From the NCBI GenBank assembly GCA_963712745.1, contig CAVQJC010000015.1:138529-202528 (forward strand): a DNA stretch of 64,000 nucleotides. Direction: 5' to 3'. This document shows positions 52,781-63,121 of this stretch, piece after piece (position 1 is the stretch's first letter; each line of letters opens with the position of its first letter). Source of the DNA: an uncultured Chloroflexia bacterium. Lineage in GTDB: Bacteria > Chloroflexota > Limnocylindria > Limnocylindrales > CSP1-4. Below the pieces are notes generated by a model that was not told the origin of the DNA, did no database searches, and saw nothing but the letters and a program-made list of their open reading frames with translations. A program made the translations under genes and the position numbers.

Positions 52781-54238
52781 GTGCAAGGTCGGAATCTTGC
52801 CATCTGGACGTTCGCCGTGACGTCGGTGGCACTGGTCATGGTCATGCTCGACAACCTCGTCGTCTCGACCGCTCTCAATGTCATCCGCCAGGAACTCGGC
52901 GCGACCATCGAGCAGCTGGAATGGACGGTCAACGCCTACACGCTGACCTTCGCCGTCTTCCTGCTGACCGGCGCCGCCCTGGGTGACCGCTTCGGGCGGC
53001 AGCGCATGTTCGTCATCGGCGTAGCCATCTTCACTGCCGCCTCCGCGCTTGCGGCCATGTCCACCAGCGTCGAGATGCTGCTGGTCGGGCGCATGGCCCA
53101 GGGTATCGGCGCAGCCATCGTCACGCCCCTGACCCTGACCCTCCTGAGCGCGGCGGTGCCGGCTGATCGTCGCGGCGTTGCCCTCGGTGCCTGGGGTGCG
53201 GTGGGTGGCGTCGCTATCGCCATCGGCCCGCTCGTTGGCGGCGCCATCGTCGAGGGCGTGGCCTGGAACTGGATCTTCTGGGTCAACGTGCCCATCGGCA
53301 TCGCGCTCATCCCGCTGGCCGTGTTCGGCCTGCGCGAGTCGTTCGGTCCCGACCGGCGGCTCGACATCCCGGGCCTGGCACTGGTCTCGGCCGGCCTCTT
53401 CGGCATCGTCTGGGCACTCGTCAACGGCAACTCCGAAGGCTGGACCAGCCCCGTCATCGTGGGTGCGTTCGCGGCGGGTGTGGCCCTCATGGTCGCGTTC
53501 GTGGCGTGGGAGCGGCGGACCCCAGCGCCGATGCTGCCGCCGCAGTTCTTCCGCAGCCGCTCCTTCAGCTTCGCCAACCTCAGCGCCATGTTCATGAGCT
53601 TCGGCATGTTCGGTGCCATCTTCCTGCTGGTCCAGTACCTGCAGTTCGCGCTGCGCTACTCGCCGCTCGAGGCCGGGCTGGCCATCCTGCCCTGGACGCT
53701 GGCTCCGATGTTCGTGGCACCCATCGCGGGTGCGCTCTCCGACCGCATCGGCGGTGGACTGCTCATGGGCACCGGCCTGGCGTTGCAGGCCATCGGCCTG
53801 GCGTGGCTGGGGTTGATCTCGACCACGACCGTGGCCTACGGCGCGATGGTCGTGCCTTTCATCATCTCGGGCATCGGCATGGGTCTCTTCTTCGCGCCCA
53901 TGGCCAACGTCATCCTCTCGTCGGTCCGCTCCGATGAGGAAGGCAAGGCATCGGGCGCCAGCAGCGCCATCCGCGAGCTGGGCGGCGTGTTCGGTGTGGC
54001 CGTCCTGGCGGCGGTCTTCGCGCGGCAGGGCTCGTATGCCTCGCCGCAGGCGTTCGTCGACGGCATGGTCCCGGCCGTGCTCATCGGCGCGGTGGTGGTG
54101 GGTGTCGGTTCGGTGATCGCGTTCGCCATCCCGCGAACTCGCGCGGCGACCGGAGACCAGCCGGCCCTGGCTGGCCCCTCGCCACGACTCGCCCTCGACG
54201 GAGAAGCAGCGCCCGCCTACATCACCATCGACGAATAG
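52781..54238 (+). CDS. DHA2 family MFS efflux transporter
   Basis: LDNLVV..AL, W.VNAY.L, LGDRFGR.R, W.WIFWVNVPIG; about 14 TM. Confidence 0.92.
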   Translation: MQGRNLAIWTFAVTSVALVMVMLDNLVVSTALNVIRQELGATIEQLEWTVNAYTLTFAVFLLTGAALGDRFGRQRMFVIGVAIFTAASALAAMSTSVEMLLVGRMAQGIGAAIVTPLTLTLLSAAVPADRRGVALGAWGAVGGVAIAIGPLVGGAIVEGVAWNWIFWVNVPIGIALIPLAVFGLRESFGPDRRLDIPGLALVSAGLFGIVWALVNGNSEGWTSPVIVGAFAAGVALMVAFVAWERRTPAPMLPPQFFRSRSFSFANLSAMFMSFGMFGAIFLLVQYLQFALRYSPLEAGLAILPWTLAPMFVAPIAGALSDRIGGGLLMGTGLALQAIGLAWLGLISTTTVAYGAMVVPFIISGIGMGLFFAPMANVILSSVRSDEEGKASGASSAIRELGGVFGVAVLAAVFARQGSYASPQAFVDGMVPAVLIGAVVVGVGSVIAFAIPRTRAATGDQPALAGPSPRLALDGEAAPAYITIDE

Positions 54239-54273
54239 ATGCCTGGCGGTCGGCCACGGGTCGGCCGACACTC

Positions 54274-54374
54274 CGGCGGCGGGTACAGGAGAGACCCGCC
54301 GCCGTGGCATGCCGAATCGGGGTGGCGGGTACATGAGAGACCCGCCGCCGTGGCATGCCGAATCGGGGTGGCGG
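54274..54374. repeat. 46-bp tandem duplication containing a REP-like hairpin
   Basis: GGCGGGTACA(G/T)GAGAGACCCGCCGCCGTGGCATGCCGAATCGGGGT x2. Confidence 0.85.
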
Positions 54375-54477
54375 AGGTGTCACGCTGCGATACGCTACGC
54401 GCAGCGCGCGCCGCGAATGGTGCCCTCGAGAGCCGCGCCAGGTACACGGTCCAGCGAAACGGAGGTACACGGCAACC

Positions 54478-54933
54478 ATGGGAAATCGTCCATTCGGAGT
54501 GCTCGTGCTGGGAGCGCTGGCCATCGCCATCGCGATCGTGCGGCTGCTGCTCGGCCTGCAACTCCTCGGAGTGGCCATCTTCGGTGATATCCAGTTCGAA
54601 GGTGGGGGCGTCTTCTGGACCGGGCTGATGACGCTGGTCGTCGGCATCATCTACTTCGGGGTCGGATGGTCCCTGTGGTCGATGCGACCATGGGCGCTCG
54701 TCTTCACCATGATCATGGCCGTCTTCGGTCTCGTCGACGCCATGTTCGTGTGGATCGCCACCGGCGCTATCTCCTACGGCCTGGCTGCCGCCCTCATCCC
54801 CGCCCTGCTGCTGTGGTACACCAGCCGCGAGGACATCCGCGAGCAGTTCGCACAGGCCGACGCCGACCACTACTACGCCAACCAGCAGGCCACCGGCGAC
54901 CCGGACACCTCCGGACCGCCCACCAACCCCTGA
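54478..54933 (+). CDS. Four-TM membrane protein
   Basis: RP.GV..L, G..LW.MRPWA; SD GGAGG. Confidence 0.75.
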   Translation: MGNRPFGVLVLGALAIAIAIVRLLLGLQLLGVAIFGDIQFEGGGVFWTGLMTLVVGIIYFGVGWSLWSMRPWALVFTMIMAVFGLVDAMFVWIATGAISYGLAAALIPALLLWYTSREDIREQFAQADADHYYANQQATGDPDTSGPPTNP

Positions 54934-55026
54934 ACGCCCGGAGAGTACGGGCCCCGAGCAGACTCATCCGATAGAACGAACCGAAGGCCGGGCAGCGAAG
55001 CTCGGCCTTCGCTCTTGGGGGTGCCG

Positions 55027-56166
55027 ATGGAATACGACGTCATCGTCATCGGGGTCGGCGGCATGGGCAGCGCAACCGTGGCCGAGCTGGCGGAGCGCGG
55101 CGCACGAGTGCTCGGGCTCGAACGAGCGAGCATCCCCAACGACAGCGGGTCGTCTCACGGGGTCAACCGCATCATCCGCCTGGCCTACGCTGAGGACCGC
55201 CGCTACGTGCCCCTGCTGCGGCGGGCATATGCGCGCTGGCGCGAACTTGAGAGCCGCCTGGGGGAGCCGATCCTCATCACCACCGGCGGCCTGGACATGG
55301 GCAGGCTCGAGAGCGGCACCGTGGCCGGGTCCCTGGCGTCCGCCCGTGAGCACGACCTGTCGCACGAACTGCTGGGGGCCGACGAGATCATGGCGCGCTT
55401 CCCGGGGTTCTCCGTACCGCCCGATCTGGTCGCGGTCTACCAGCCCGACGGCGGCTTCGTGCTGAGTGAGCGCGCCATCGCGGGACAGGCACGCCTCGCG
55501 CTCGACGCCGGGGCCGAGCTCCACGGGCATGAGCCGGTCATCGACTGGCAGGCCGCCGCCGGGGGCGTGGTCGTGCGCACGGCCGCAGGCATCTACCGGG
55601 CACGCCGGCTCGTCATCAGCGCTGGTGCCTGGCTGGGCAAGATCGTGCCGCAGCTGGCGCCGGTCGCTGTGCCGGAGCGACAGGTACTGCTGTGGTCGCA
55701 GACCCGCCGGCGGGAGCTGTTCGCCCCCGACGCCCTGCCCGTCTTCATCCTGGACGTAGAGGAGGGGCTCTTCTACGGCTTCCCCGAGTACGGCATCCCC
55801 GGCCTCAAGATCGGGCGCATGCACCACCGGCGCGAGGTGGTGGACCCCGATGCCTGGGACCGGGCGCTCATCGAACCCGAGGATGAAGCGGTGCTGCGCG
55901 CCGCCACCTCGCGCTATCTGCCCGAGGCCGACGGCCCGACCCTGACGCTGCGGACGTGCATGTTCACAAACACGCCCGACGAGCACTTCATCATCGACAC
56001 GCTGCGGGGCATGCCGGGTGTTACGGTCGTCTCACCGTGCAGTGGGCACGGCTTCAAGTTCGCCAGCGTCATCGGCGAGATCGCCGCCGACCTGGCGCTG
56101 GACGGCGGCACCGAGCACGACATCGAGATGTTCCGCATCGACCGATTCGAGGGGGTATCGACATGA
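55027..56166 (+). CDS. solA: N-methyl-L-tryptophan oxidase / monomeric sarcosine oxidase family
   Basis: GVGGMGSA, GSSHG..RIIR.AY, CMFTNTPD.HFIID, CSGHGFKF. Confidence 0.85.
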   Translation: MEYDVIVIGVGGMGSATVAELAERGARVLGLERASIPNDSGSSHGVNRIIRLAYAEDRRYVPLLRRAYARWRELESRLGEPILITTGGLDMGRLESGTVAGSLASAREHDLSHELLGADEIMARFPGFSVPPDLVAVYQPDGGFVLSERAIAGQARLALDAGAELHGHEPVIDWQAAAGGVVVRTAAGIYRARRLVISAGAWLGKIVPQLAPVAVPERQVLLWSQTRRRELFAPDALPVFILDVEEGLFYGFPEYGIPGLKIGRMHHRREVVDPDAWDRALIEPEDEAVLRAATSRYLPEADGPTLTLRTCMFTNTPDEHFIIDTLRGMPGVTVVSPCSGHGFKFASVIGEIAADLALDGGTEHDIEMFRIDRFEGVST

Positions 56167-56831
56167 CACGCACCATCGTCTGCTTCGGCGACTCCAACAC
56201 GTACGGCGCGAACCCGACCGGGCATGGATCGGAGCCCGACGGTCCCAAGCGACTGCCGCGCGAGGTCCGCTGGCCACGCGTGATGGAGGCAGCTCTGGGA
56301 GCAGGCCACGAGGTCATCGAGGAGGGGCTCAACGGACGCTGCACGGTCTGGGACACGGAGATCGAGCCGGGTCGCAACGGCCTCACGTACCTGGCGCCGT
56401 GCCTGTGGTCGCACGCGCCGGTCGACCTCGTCACCATCATGCTCGGCACCAACGACCTCAAGCGCATCTACGGCAACACCGCTGCCGAGATCGCCTGCGG
56501 TGCAGCCAGGCTGGTGGACGTCGCGCGCGGGACGCTGAGCGGACCCGATGGATCGCCACCGCAGGTCCTGCTGATCTCGCCGGTGCCGCTGGGCGACATC
56601 ACGGCGCGAAGCGAGATGTGGGGCTTCGGCGAAGCGCTGGCCGCGTCCCGGCAGCTCGCTCGCATGTACCGCATCGTGGCCGACGATCACGGGGCGGCCT
56701 TCTTCGATGCAGGTTCGGTGGCGTCTGTCCACCCCGCCGACGGCGTCCATCTCGATGCGGCCGGCTGCGCCAGCCTGGGAGCGGCAGTGGCCGACGTCGT
56801 TCGCGCCCAGCTGGACGGCTCCGCGCAGTAG
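56163..56831 (+). CDS. SGNH/GDSL hydrolase (arylesterase-like)
   Basis: FGDSNT.G, EEGLNGR, MLGTND, DGVH. Confidence 0.92.
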   Translation: MTRTIVCFGDSNTYGANPTGHGSEPDGPKRLPREVRWPRVMEAALGAGHEVIEEGLNGRCTVWDTEIEPGRNGLTYLAPCLWSHAPVDLVTIMLGTNDLKRIYGNTAAEIACGAARLVDVARGTLSGPDGSPPQVLLISPVPLGDITARSEMWGFGEALAASRQLARMYRIVADDHGAAFFDAGSVASVHPADGVHLDAAGCASLGAAVADVVRAQLDGSAQ

Positions 56832-56909
56832 TTGGACGGCCCGCGCAGTGGTGGACGGCTCGCGCGGTGGCTGGACGGCTCTGCGCGGTGGCTGGACGGC
56901 TCTGCGCGG
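56812..56909. repeat. ~20-bp tandem repeat x5 starting in the last codons of the SGNH gene
   Basis: TGGACGGC... at 56812, 56833, 56852, 56872, 56893. Confidence 0.85.
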
Positions 56910-57049
56910 AAAGCGGGCGGCACCATCACCATCCACGAGACCTTCGACATCGGATAGGACTTTCCGGCAGGGCCGGCCGCTGCTCGCTTCACGGGCTACA
57001 CGGAGGCGTTGGCCGCCGCTCAGCCAGAGCTGGGCTTCTGGCGGGGCCG

Positions 57050-57222
57050 GTTCCCACTCAACGGGACAACACGACCAGCTGGTGCTCCGCCAGGGGTCCC
57101 AGCCAGCCGGCTGAGGCACAGAGTCCCCGCTCGGTGGGACGCTGTGTCACCGCTTCTCGCTGAGCGGGAACAACATGTGCCCGGACCGCCGACGCCGTCG
57201 CGTTGTCCCACTCAACGGGAAG
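57050..57222. mobile_element. Second MITE/REP-like inverted-repeat element
   Basis: GTTCCCACTCAACGGGACAACACGACC ... CGTCGCGTTGTCCCACTCAACGGGAAG. Confidence 0.5.
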
Positions 57223-57370
57223 GCCGCAGCCCAAGCGGGAAGGCCGCAGCCCAAGCAGGAAGGCGGCAGCCCTGGCGCGAAGGCGGCACCGTCAACGGGA
57301 AGGCCGCAGCCCTAGCAGGAAGGCGGCAGCCTCAACGGGAAGGCGGCAGCCTCAGCGGATGGGCCGCAGC
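57216..57370. repeat. 20-bp tandem repeat, about 8 units
   Basis: CGGGAAGGCCGCAGCCCAAG and variants at 20-bp period. Confidence 0.9.
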
Positions 57371-57389
57371 TGTGGACGTCCGGCCCCGG

Positions 57390-58091
57390 TCAGATGCCGC
57401 CGTGGAGCCCCAGGCGCTGGCCGTTCACGACACGCGCAGCGTCGCTGAAGAAGTAGCGCAGGGCTGCTGAGATCTCCGCGGGCGAAGTGGCGTGCTCGTT
57501 GTCCGAGCCATCCTCCCCTGCCGAGGTGTCGATGGCCCGCACACGAACCACGTTGACGGTAACACCGGTGCCCGCGACCTCCCGGGCCAGCGCGGCCAGG
57601 AGCGTCTCCTGCGCCGCCTTGCCCACGCCGTAGGCGCTCATGCCCGCATCGGGCGCCCCCGCCATCGGCGATGACACTGCGGCGATGCGCCCGAAGCCTG
57701 CATCGACCATGCGTGGCGCAAGCTCGCGCACGACGTTGAGCGAGGTCCAGAAGTGCTGGTCGAGCATGGAGGCGTATGGCTCGTCAGGTGATCGACCCAC
57801 GTGCATGCCGCCGGTCCAGCCACCGACCAGGTGCGCCAGCGCGTCCACCCGGCCGAAGCGTTCGTAGGCGGCGTCGACCGCGCTCAGAGCCTCACCCGCA
57901 TCACGCAGATGGGCCACCGCGGTGGCCACGCGAGCCGAGTCGAGGCCCAGCTCCTCGCTCAGCGCATCGAGCCGTGCCTGCGATGAGCCGACAAGGACCA
58001 GGTCCCAGCCATCGGCGGCCAGGTCAGCGACCAGCACTCGGCCCAGGCCACCAGTGGCACCGGTGACCATGGCCACGCGTGACTCGCTCAT
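57390..58091 (-). CDS. Short-chain dehydrogenase/reductase
   Basis: VTGATGGLG, YGVGK. Confidence 0.9.
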   Translation of the reverse strand: MSESRVAMVTGATGGLGRVLVADLAADGWDLVLVGSSQARLDALSEELGLDSARVATAVAHLRDAGEALSAVDAAYERFGRVDALAHLVGGWTGGMHVGRSPDEPYASMLDQHFWTSLNVVRELAPRMVDAGFGRIAAVSSPMAGAPDAGMSAYGVGKAAQETLLAALAREVAGTGVTVNVVRVRAIDTSAGEDGSDNEHATSPAEISAALRYFFSDAARVVNGQRLGLHGGI

Positions 58092-58885
58092 GCCCCGACC
58101 TCGACCGGGTCGAACTCCTCGAGCGCCTCGATGGCGTCGGCCGACATGCCCTCGACGACCGGTCGGTCGATCTGCTCGAGCAAGTGCTCGCGTCCGTCGA
58201 CGTCGATGAGGTGGCCCGAGCGCAGCGCCTTGGTCTCGAGATAGGAGCGGTTGTAGTCATTGGCCGGGATGACGTGCGCCACGCGGCCGCTGACGTTGAC
58301 GCCAAGCTCACGCAGTCCCTCGACCTTCCTGGGATTGTTGGTCATGAGCTCGACTGAGCGCACCTGCAGCAAGGCCAGCATGTGGGCCGCGATGCTGTAG
58401 TCGCGCTCGTCGTCGCGGAAGCCGAGGGCGATGTTTGCGTCCACAGTGTCGAGGCCCTCGTCCTGCAGGCCGTACGCACGCAGCTTGTTGAGCAGGCCGA
58501 TGCCGCGGCCTTCCTGCCGGAGGTACAGGACCATGCCGGTCTCCTGCTCACCGATCGTGCGCAGCGCAGACGTCAGCTGGTCGCGGCAGTCGCACCGCAG
58601 CGAGCCCAGCGCGTCGCCGGTTAGGCACTCGCTGTGCAGCCGGACGGGCACGTCATCCTTGCCGAAAGGATCGCCCTTGACGATAGCGATGTGGTCCTTG
58701 CCATCACGGTCGTTCCAGAAGCCGACGATGTGGAAAACGCCGAACTTGGTGGGCAGGTCGGCCACCGCGGCGATCTTGACGCAGACGTGGTCGCGACCGA
58801 CGCCGTCACATTCGTGCTCGGCGGTGGAAGCGACGAGTTGATCGTAGGTGAGGTGCCGGAGGCCCGGCTCCTGGTGCATGTCCAT
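58088..58885 (-). CDS. ribA: GTP cyclohydrolase II
   Basis: VRLHSECLTGD.LGS.RCDC, QEGRGIGL.NK, LMTNNP.K. Confidence 0.95.
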   Translation of the reverse strand: MDMHQEPGLRHLTYDQLVASTAEHECDGVGRDHVCVKIAAVADLPTKFGVFHIVGFWNDRDGKDHIAIVKGDPFGKDDVPVRLHSECLTGDALGSLRCDCRDQLTSALRTIGEQETGMVLYLRQEGRGIGLLNKLRAYGLQDEGLDTVDANIALGFRDDERDYSIAAHMLALLQVRSVELMTNNPRKVEGLRELGVNVSGRVAHVIPANDYNRSYLETKALRSGHLIDVDGREHLLEQIDRPVVEGMSADAIEALEEFDPVEVGA

Positions 58886-59010
58886 CCTGACAATGTACGG
58901 CAGACGCGGTAACGCCTCTGTGACACGGCCCACCGACAGACTCACAACGCTCGTTGTCCATTCCGATATTCTCTTGACGAAGCCGTAGCGAACTGGACAA
59001 TCGTGTTGCA

Positions 59011-59808
59011 ATGACTGGCCAGGGAGGGGCCTCGACGAGCACCCAGCGCGGGGCGCTGGCAACGGGATTGCGGACACTGGAATTGCTGGTATCCGCGCAT
59101 TCCCCGCTGGGTGTGACCGAGATCGCCGAACAGCTGGAACTGGACAAGGCCAACGCGCATCGCACGCTGGCCGCCCTTGTTCGGCTTGGGTATGTCGAAC
59201 AGGATCCGTCGACGCGCCGCTACGGCGCCACGGTCAAGGTGGTGGAGCTGGCCCGCTCGGTGCTCGACTCGCGCGATCTCACCGTGGTGGCCGCGCCGCA
59301 TCTCAAGTCGCTCTGGGCGGCGGCCGGCGAGAACACCCACCTGGCCGTCCTCGCCGGCAACCATGTGGTCTACGTCTCGATGCTCAACGGCACGACCCTG
59401 CTCAGCGTCAACACGGCCATCGGACAATCGGGTCCCTTGCACTGCACCGCCACCGGCAAGTCGATCGTGGCCAACCTCCCGCGAGGCACCACCGAGGGAC
59501 TTATCGCCTCCATCGAGTTCGAAGCATTCACGTCCCGCACGCTGACCGATCCGGCCGCACTCGAGAAGGAGCTGGCGCAGGTGCGCGTGACGGGCTACGC
59601 GGTGGACGACCGCGAGTACCACCAAGGCGTCCGCTGCATCGCCGCGCCGGTCTTCGGGATCGGCGGCGTTCTGGCCTCCCTCGGCATCTCCGCCCCCGCC
59701 GATCGGCTCGACAACGAGCGTTTGCAGGTCATCGCGCCGCTGGTGGTCGACACCGCCGCACGCGTGAGTCGAGAGTTGGGTGGTTCGACAACGAGGAAGG
59801 CTTCATGA
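59011..59808 (+). CDS. IclR family transcriptional regulator
   Basis: N-terminal HTH; PLHCTATGK; GYAVD.RE...GVRCIAAP. Confidence 0.93.
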   Translation: MTGQGGASTSTQRGALATGLRTLELLVSAHSPLGVTEIAEQLELDKANAHRTLAALVRLGYVEQDPSTRRYGATVKVVELARSVLDSRDLTVVAAPHLKSLWAAAGENTHLAVLAGNHVVYVSMLNGTTLLSVNTAIGQSGPLHCTATGKSIVANLPRGTTEGLIASIEFEAFTSRTLTDPAALEKELAQVRVTGYAVDDREYHQGVRCIAAPVFGIGGVLASLGISAPADRLDNERLQVIAPLVVDTAARVSRELGGSTTRKAS

Positions 59809-61619
59809 GCAACCTGCGTACGGGCGGACAGGTCATCGCTGACCACCTCGCAGCCAACGACGTCCCCTACGTGGCCGGCATCCCCGGTCATGGCTGCCTG
59901 CCCATGGTCGACGCCTTCGTGGGCCTCGAGAAACCGGCCTTCCTACAGGTGCGCCACGAGCAGTCGGCAGCGCACCTGGCCGACGCCTACTTCCGCGTTG
60001 CGCGAAGGCCCATGGCCGTGATGACCTCCATCGGCCCCGGTGCGGTCAACACCGCGGTGGGCATCGCTACCGCGTATGTCGATTCGTCGTCGATGCTGGT
60101 GTTCACCGGTGACGTGCACACCTACATGTTCGGCCGCGGCGTGCTGCAGGAGGTCGACCGCAAGGCCTGGGCCAACCTCTCGACGCTTTTCGAGCCTGTG
60201 ACCAAGCGCCTGTGGCAGGTCACGCGCGTGGACCAGCTTGCACGCATCATGCCCCAGGCCTATGCGCTTGCCGCCGGTGGCCGCCCGGGCCCAGTGCTCA
60301 TCTCGGTGCCCATGGACGTGCAGGCCGACGCAGCCGACGTGCCCGAGGCCCGGGCGGTCGATCTGCCCGAGCCACCCGCCCCCGCGGCCACGGCTGTGTC
60401 CCAGATCCACGCCGCGCTTGCCGATGCCGAACGTCCCGTCCTCCTCGCCGGTGGGGGCGTCGTACAGAGCGGCGCCTCCCGCCGGTTCCGCCAGATCGCG
60501 GAGCACCTGGGCATGCCCGTGGTGGCCACCTACCAGGCCAAGGGCGTGCTGCCTGAGGACCATCCGCTGTACGGGCGCTATCCCGGCTCCAAGGGCACGG
60601 ACACGGGCAATGCCCTCTGCCGTGAGGCCGACGTCATCCTCGCGGTCGGCTGCCGCTTCGCCGACGAGGCGGCCTCCTCGTATGTGCCCGGTGTGACCTT
60701 CTCGATTCCGCCGACCAAGCTCTACCAGGTCGACATCGACGAGTACGAGATCGGCAAGAACTACCCGGTGGAACTGGGTGTGCTGGCAGACGCCAACGCC
60801 TTCTGCGAGGCGCTCTGGCACGAGCTCGAGGCCGAGCCGGCCGACACCGCCAGGCGCCTGATGTGGGAGGGCCGCATCGCCGACCTGGTCGTGCCCTGGA
60901 ACGCCAAGCTGGCACCCGGGCGCACCGACCGTTCGCTGCCGCTGCGTATCTCGGCCGTGCTCGACATCGTCCGCGACAGCGTGCCCGAGGACACCATCGT
61001 GCTCACCGGCGCCGGCCACAGCCAGGCCCAGTTCCTGCAGGAATACACCGTCAACGACGCCAGCCAGGTCATCTCGCCCAACGGCTTCAGCACCATGGGC
61101 TTCACCATCCCGGGCGCCATCGGCGCCAAGCTGGCCGCGCCTGACCGCCCGGTCCTGGGCTTCGCCGGCGACGGCGACTTCCTGATGACGGTGCAGGAGC
61201 TGGCCATGGCCGTCCAGTACGGCCTCGATCTCATCTACGTCGTGGTGGACAACGCCGGCTGGCAGTCCATCCGCGACCTCCAGATGGACGTCTACGGCGA
61301 GGAGCGCGGCTTTGCGGCCGAGTTCCGCCGCCCTGACGGCGGATCCATCAGCCCGGACCTGGTCACGGTCGCCAGGGGGTTCGGGGTCCAGGCAGAGGAA
61401 GCGACCGACGAACAGGCGCTCAAGGGCGCGATCGGAAGGGCACTCGCCTTGGGCGGGCCGACCGTCATCGTCGTCCCCGTCCGACGCGAGTTCCCGGAGT
61501 CCGCCGGCCCGACCAGTGGCTGGTGGGACGTTCCGGTCCCCGCTTCGCTGCCGAAGCGCCGCAAGACCTACGAAAGGGAGGTGGCACCGGTCCGACGCGA
61601 CGCTGTGAAGCGCAGCTGA
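59805..61619 (+). CDS. Thiamine-diphosphate-dependent enzyme (ALS/IolD superfamily)
   Basis: GIPGHG, RHEQ, GPG..N, GDGDF.M...EL...DN. Confidence 0.88.
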   Translation: MSNLRTGGQVIADHLAANDVPYVAGIPGHGCLPMVDAFVGLEKPAFLQVRHEQSAAHLADAYFRVARRPMAVMTSIGPGAVNTAVGIATAYVDSSSMLVFTGDVHTYMFGRGVLQEVDRKAWANLSTLFEPVTKRLWQVTRVDQLARIMPQAYALAAGGRPGPVLISVPMDVQADAADVPEARAVDLPEPPAPAATAVSQIHAALADAERPVLLAGGGVVQSGASRRFRQIAEHLGMPVVATYQAKGVLPEDHPLYGRYPGSKGTDTGNALCREADVILAVGCRFADEAASSYVPGVTFSIPPTKLYQVDIDEYEIGKNYPVELGVLADANAFCEALWHELEAEPADTARRLMWEGRIADLVVPWNAKLAPGRTDRSLPLRISAVLDIVRDSVPEDTIVLTGAGHSQAQFLQEYTVNDASQVISPNGFSTMGFTIPGAIGAKLAAPDRPVLGFAGDGDFLMTVQELAMAVQYGLDLIYVVVDNAGWQSIRDLQMDVYGEERGFAAEFRRPDGGSISPDLVTVARGFGVQAEEATDEQALKGAIGRALALGGPTVIVVPVRREFPESAGPTSGWWDVPVPASLPKRRKTYEREVAPVRRDAVKRS

Positions 61620-61686
61620 TCCGAAAGGACGTGTTTGGGAGAACGTCATCAGGAGGACAGGAGGCACAGGAGATGACCAAGTCGGA

Positions 61687-62993
61687 ATGACATGGCGCCG
61701 CGGCTTCGCGATGGTCGCGAGCGTGGCGCTGGCAGCAGCCGCCCTGCCGGGGGTGGTGGCCGCACAGGACGACGAGATCGTCGTCATGCACTACTTCTCT
61801 GCGGAGCTCGGCGGGGCCGGCACTTCGGGAGCATCGCTAGCCGACTTCCAGGCCGAGTCGGCAAGACCGTCAACTTAGTGGACGTCGGCCATGAGGCACT
61901 TCAAGACCGGCATCCTGGTCCAGCTCGCCGGCGGCAACCCGCCGGACTGCACAACGACTGGGCCGGCGCTCGCACCGCCTTCCAGGTGGAGAACGGCTGC
62001 TCGCGCCCATCGACGAGATGTGGGCAGAGAATGAGCTCGACAACCAGTTCGGGCAGGGCATGATCGAGTCCGCCGTGACCTACGACGGCGTCGAAGTACC
62101 TGCTGCCGTTCGGCTTCCACGTCGCGCCCATGTGGTACAACCCCAAGGTCTTCGCCGACAACGGTGTGGAGGTCCCGACCACGTGGGATGGGCTGAAGGC
62201 CGCCTGCGAGACCTTCAGCGCCGCCGGCGTGCTCGCCCATCGCGTTGGGCACGGACGACAAGTGGCCGGCGCAGTTCTGGTTTGACTACCTGCTCCTGCG
62301 CACGGCCGGCGCCGAGTACCGCGCCGCGCTGATGGCCGGCGAGGCCTCGTACACCGACCCCGAGGTCATCCGGGCGATGGAGCTGTGGAAGGAGCTCTTC
62401 GACGCCGGCTGCTTCGCCGACGGCGCCACCGTCAACAGCCTGAGCATGACCGATGCGGCCGACCTGCTGGTCGACGGTGAGGCGGCCATGAACCTCATGG
62501 GCACCTGGATCATGGGCTACGTCAACGGCAACGGCGTCGTAGGCCGAGCGTCGACTACGACTTCTTCGAGTTCCCGGTCGTCGACGAGGGCGTCCCCATG
62601 TGCGGTCGTCGGACCCGTCGACGGCTGGTCGGCGGCAGCCGGGCGCTGACAACCCCGAAGGCGCCATGGAGCTCCTGGCCTTCCTGTCGCGACCGGACGT
62701 CCAGCCGCGTGGGCCAAGGTCCAGGGCAACATGCCCACCAACACCACCTCGGACACGTCGCACGGTCGGACGACTCTGAGCGAAGGCCATGGAGGTCGCG
62801 GCCGCAGCCGAGACCTACAACTTCAACTACGACCTGGCCACACCGCCCGCACCCGCCGAGGTCGGCCTGGCCATGTTCCAGAAGTTCATCGCACGACCAG
62901 AGCGACATCCAGGGCCTCATGGAGAAGACCCAGGCTGAGATCGTCGCGACGTTCGAGAACCGTAGCGACCAGGTGTGCCACGGTGCGCGCTGA
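61687..62993 (+). CDS. Carbohydrate ABC transporter substrate-binding protein (multiple apparent frameshifts)
   Basis: Signal peptide; fragments WAGART, WYNPKVF...P.TW, WPAQFWFDYLLLRTAG, FNYDLATPP in shifting frames. Confidence 0.75.
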
Positions 62994-63014
62994 CGAGCTC
63001 GCGACGCACTCATA

Positions 63015-63050
63015 TCGATGCCGGGATGGGAGTCACCATCCCGGCATCGA
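63015..63050 (+). terminator. Intercistronic hairpin after the binding-protein gene
   Basis: TCGATGCCGGGATGG-GAGTCA-CCATCCCGGCATCGA. Confidence 0.7.
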
Positions 63051-63121
63051 CGCTCTCACAGCCGACTACCATCGACCAGCGAGGAGGACATGCGAGCAGA
63101 CGCGAGTGCGGGAACCGACAC

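Noticed and set aside
54934-55015. Glycine riboswitch upstream of the sarcosine-oxidase-like gene
   Set aside because: GGAGAG and CCGAAGG are present but the CUCUCAGG element is absent; CGAAGGCCGGGC/GCTCGGCCTTCG is better read as a simple hairpin.
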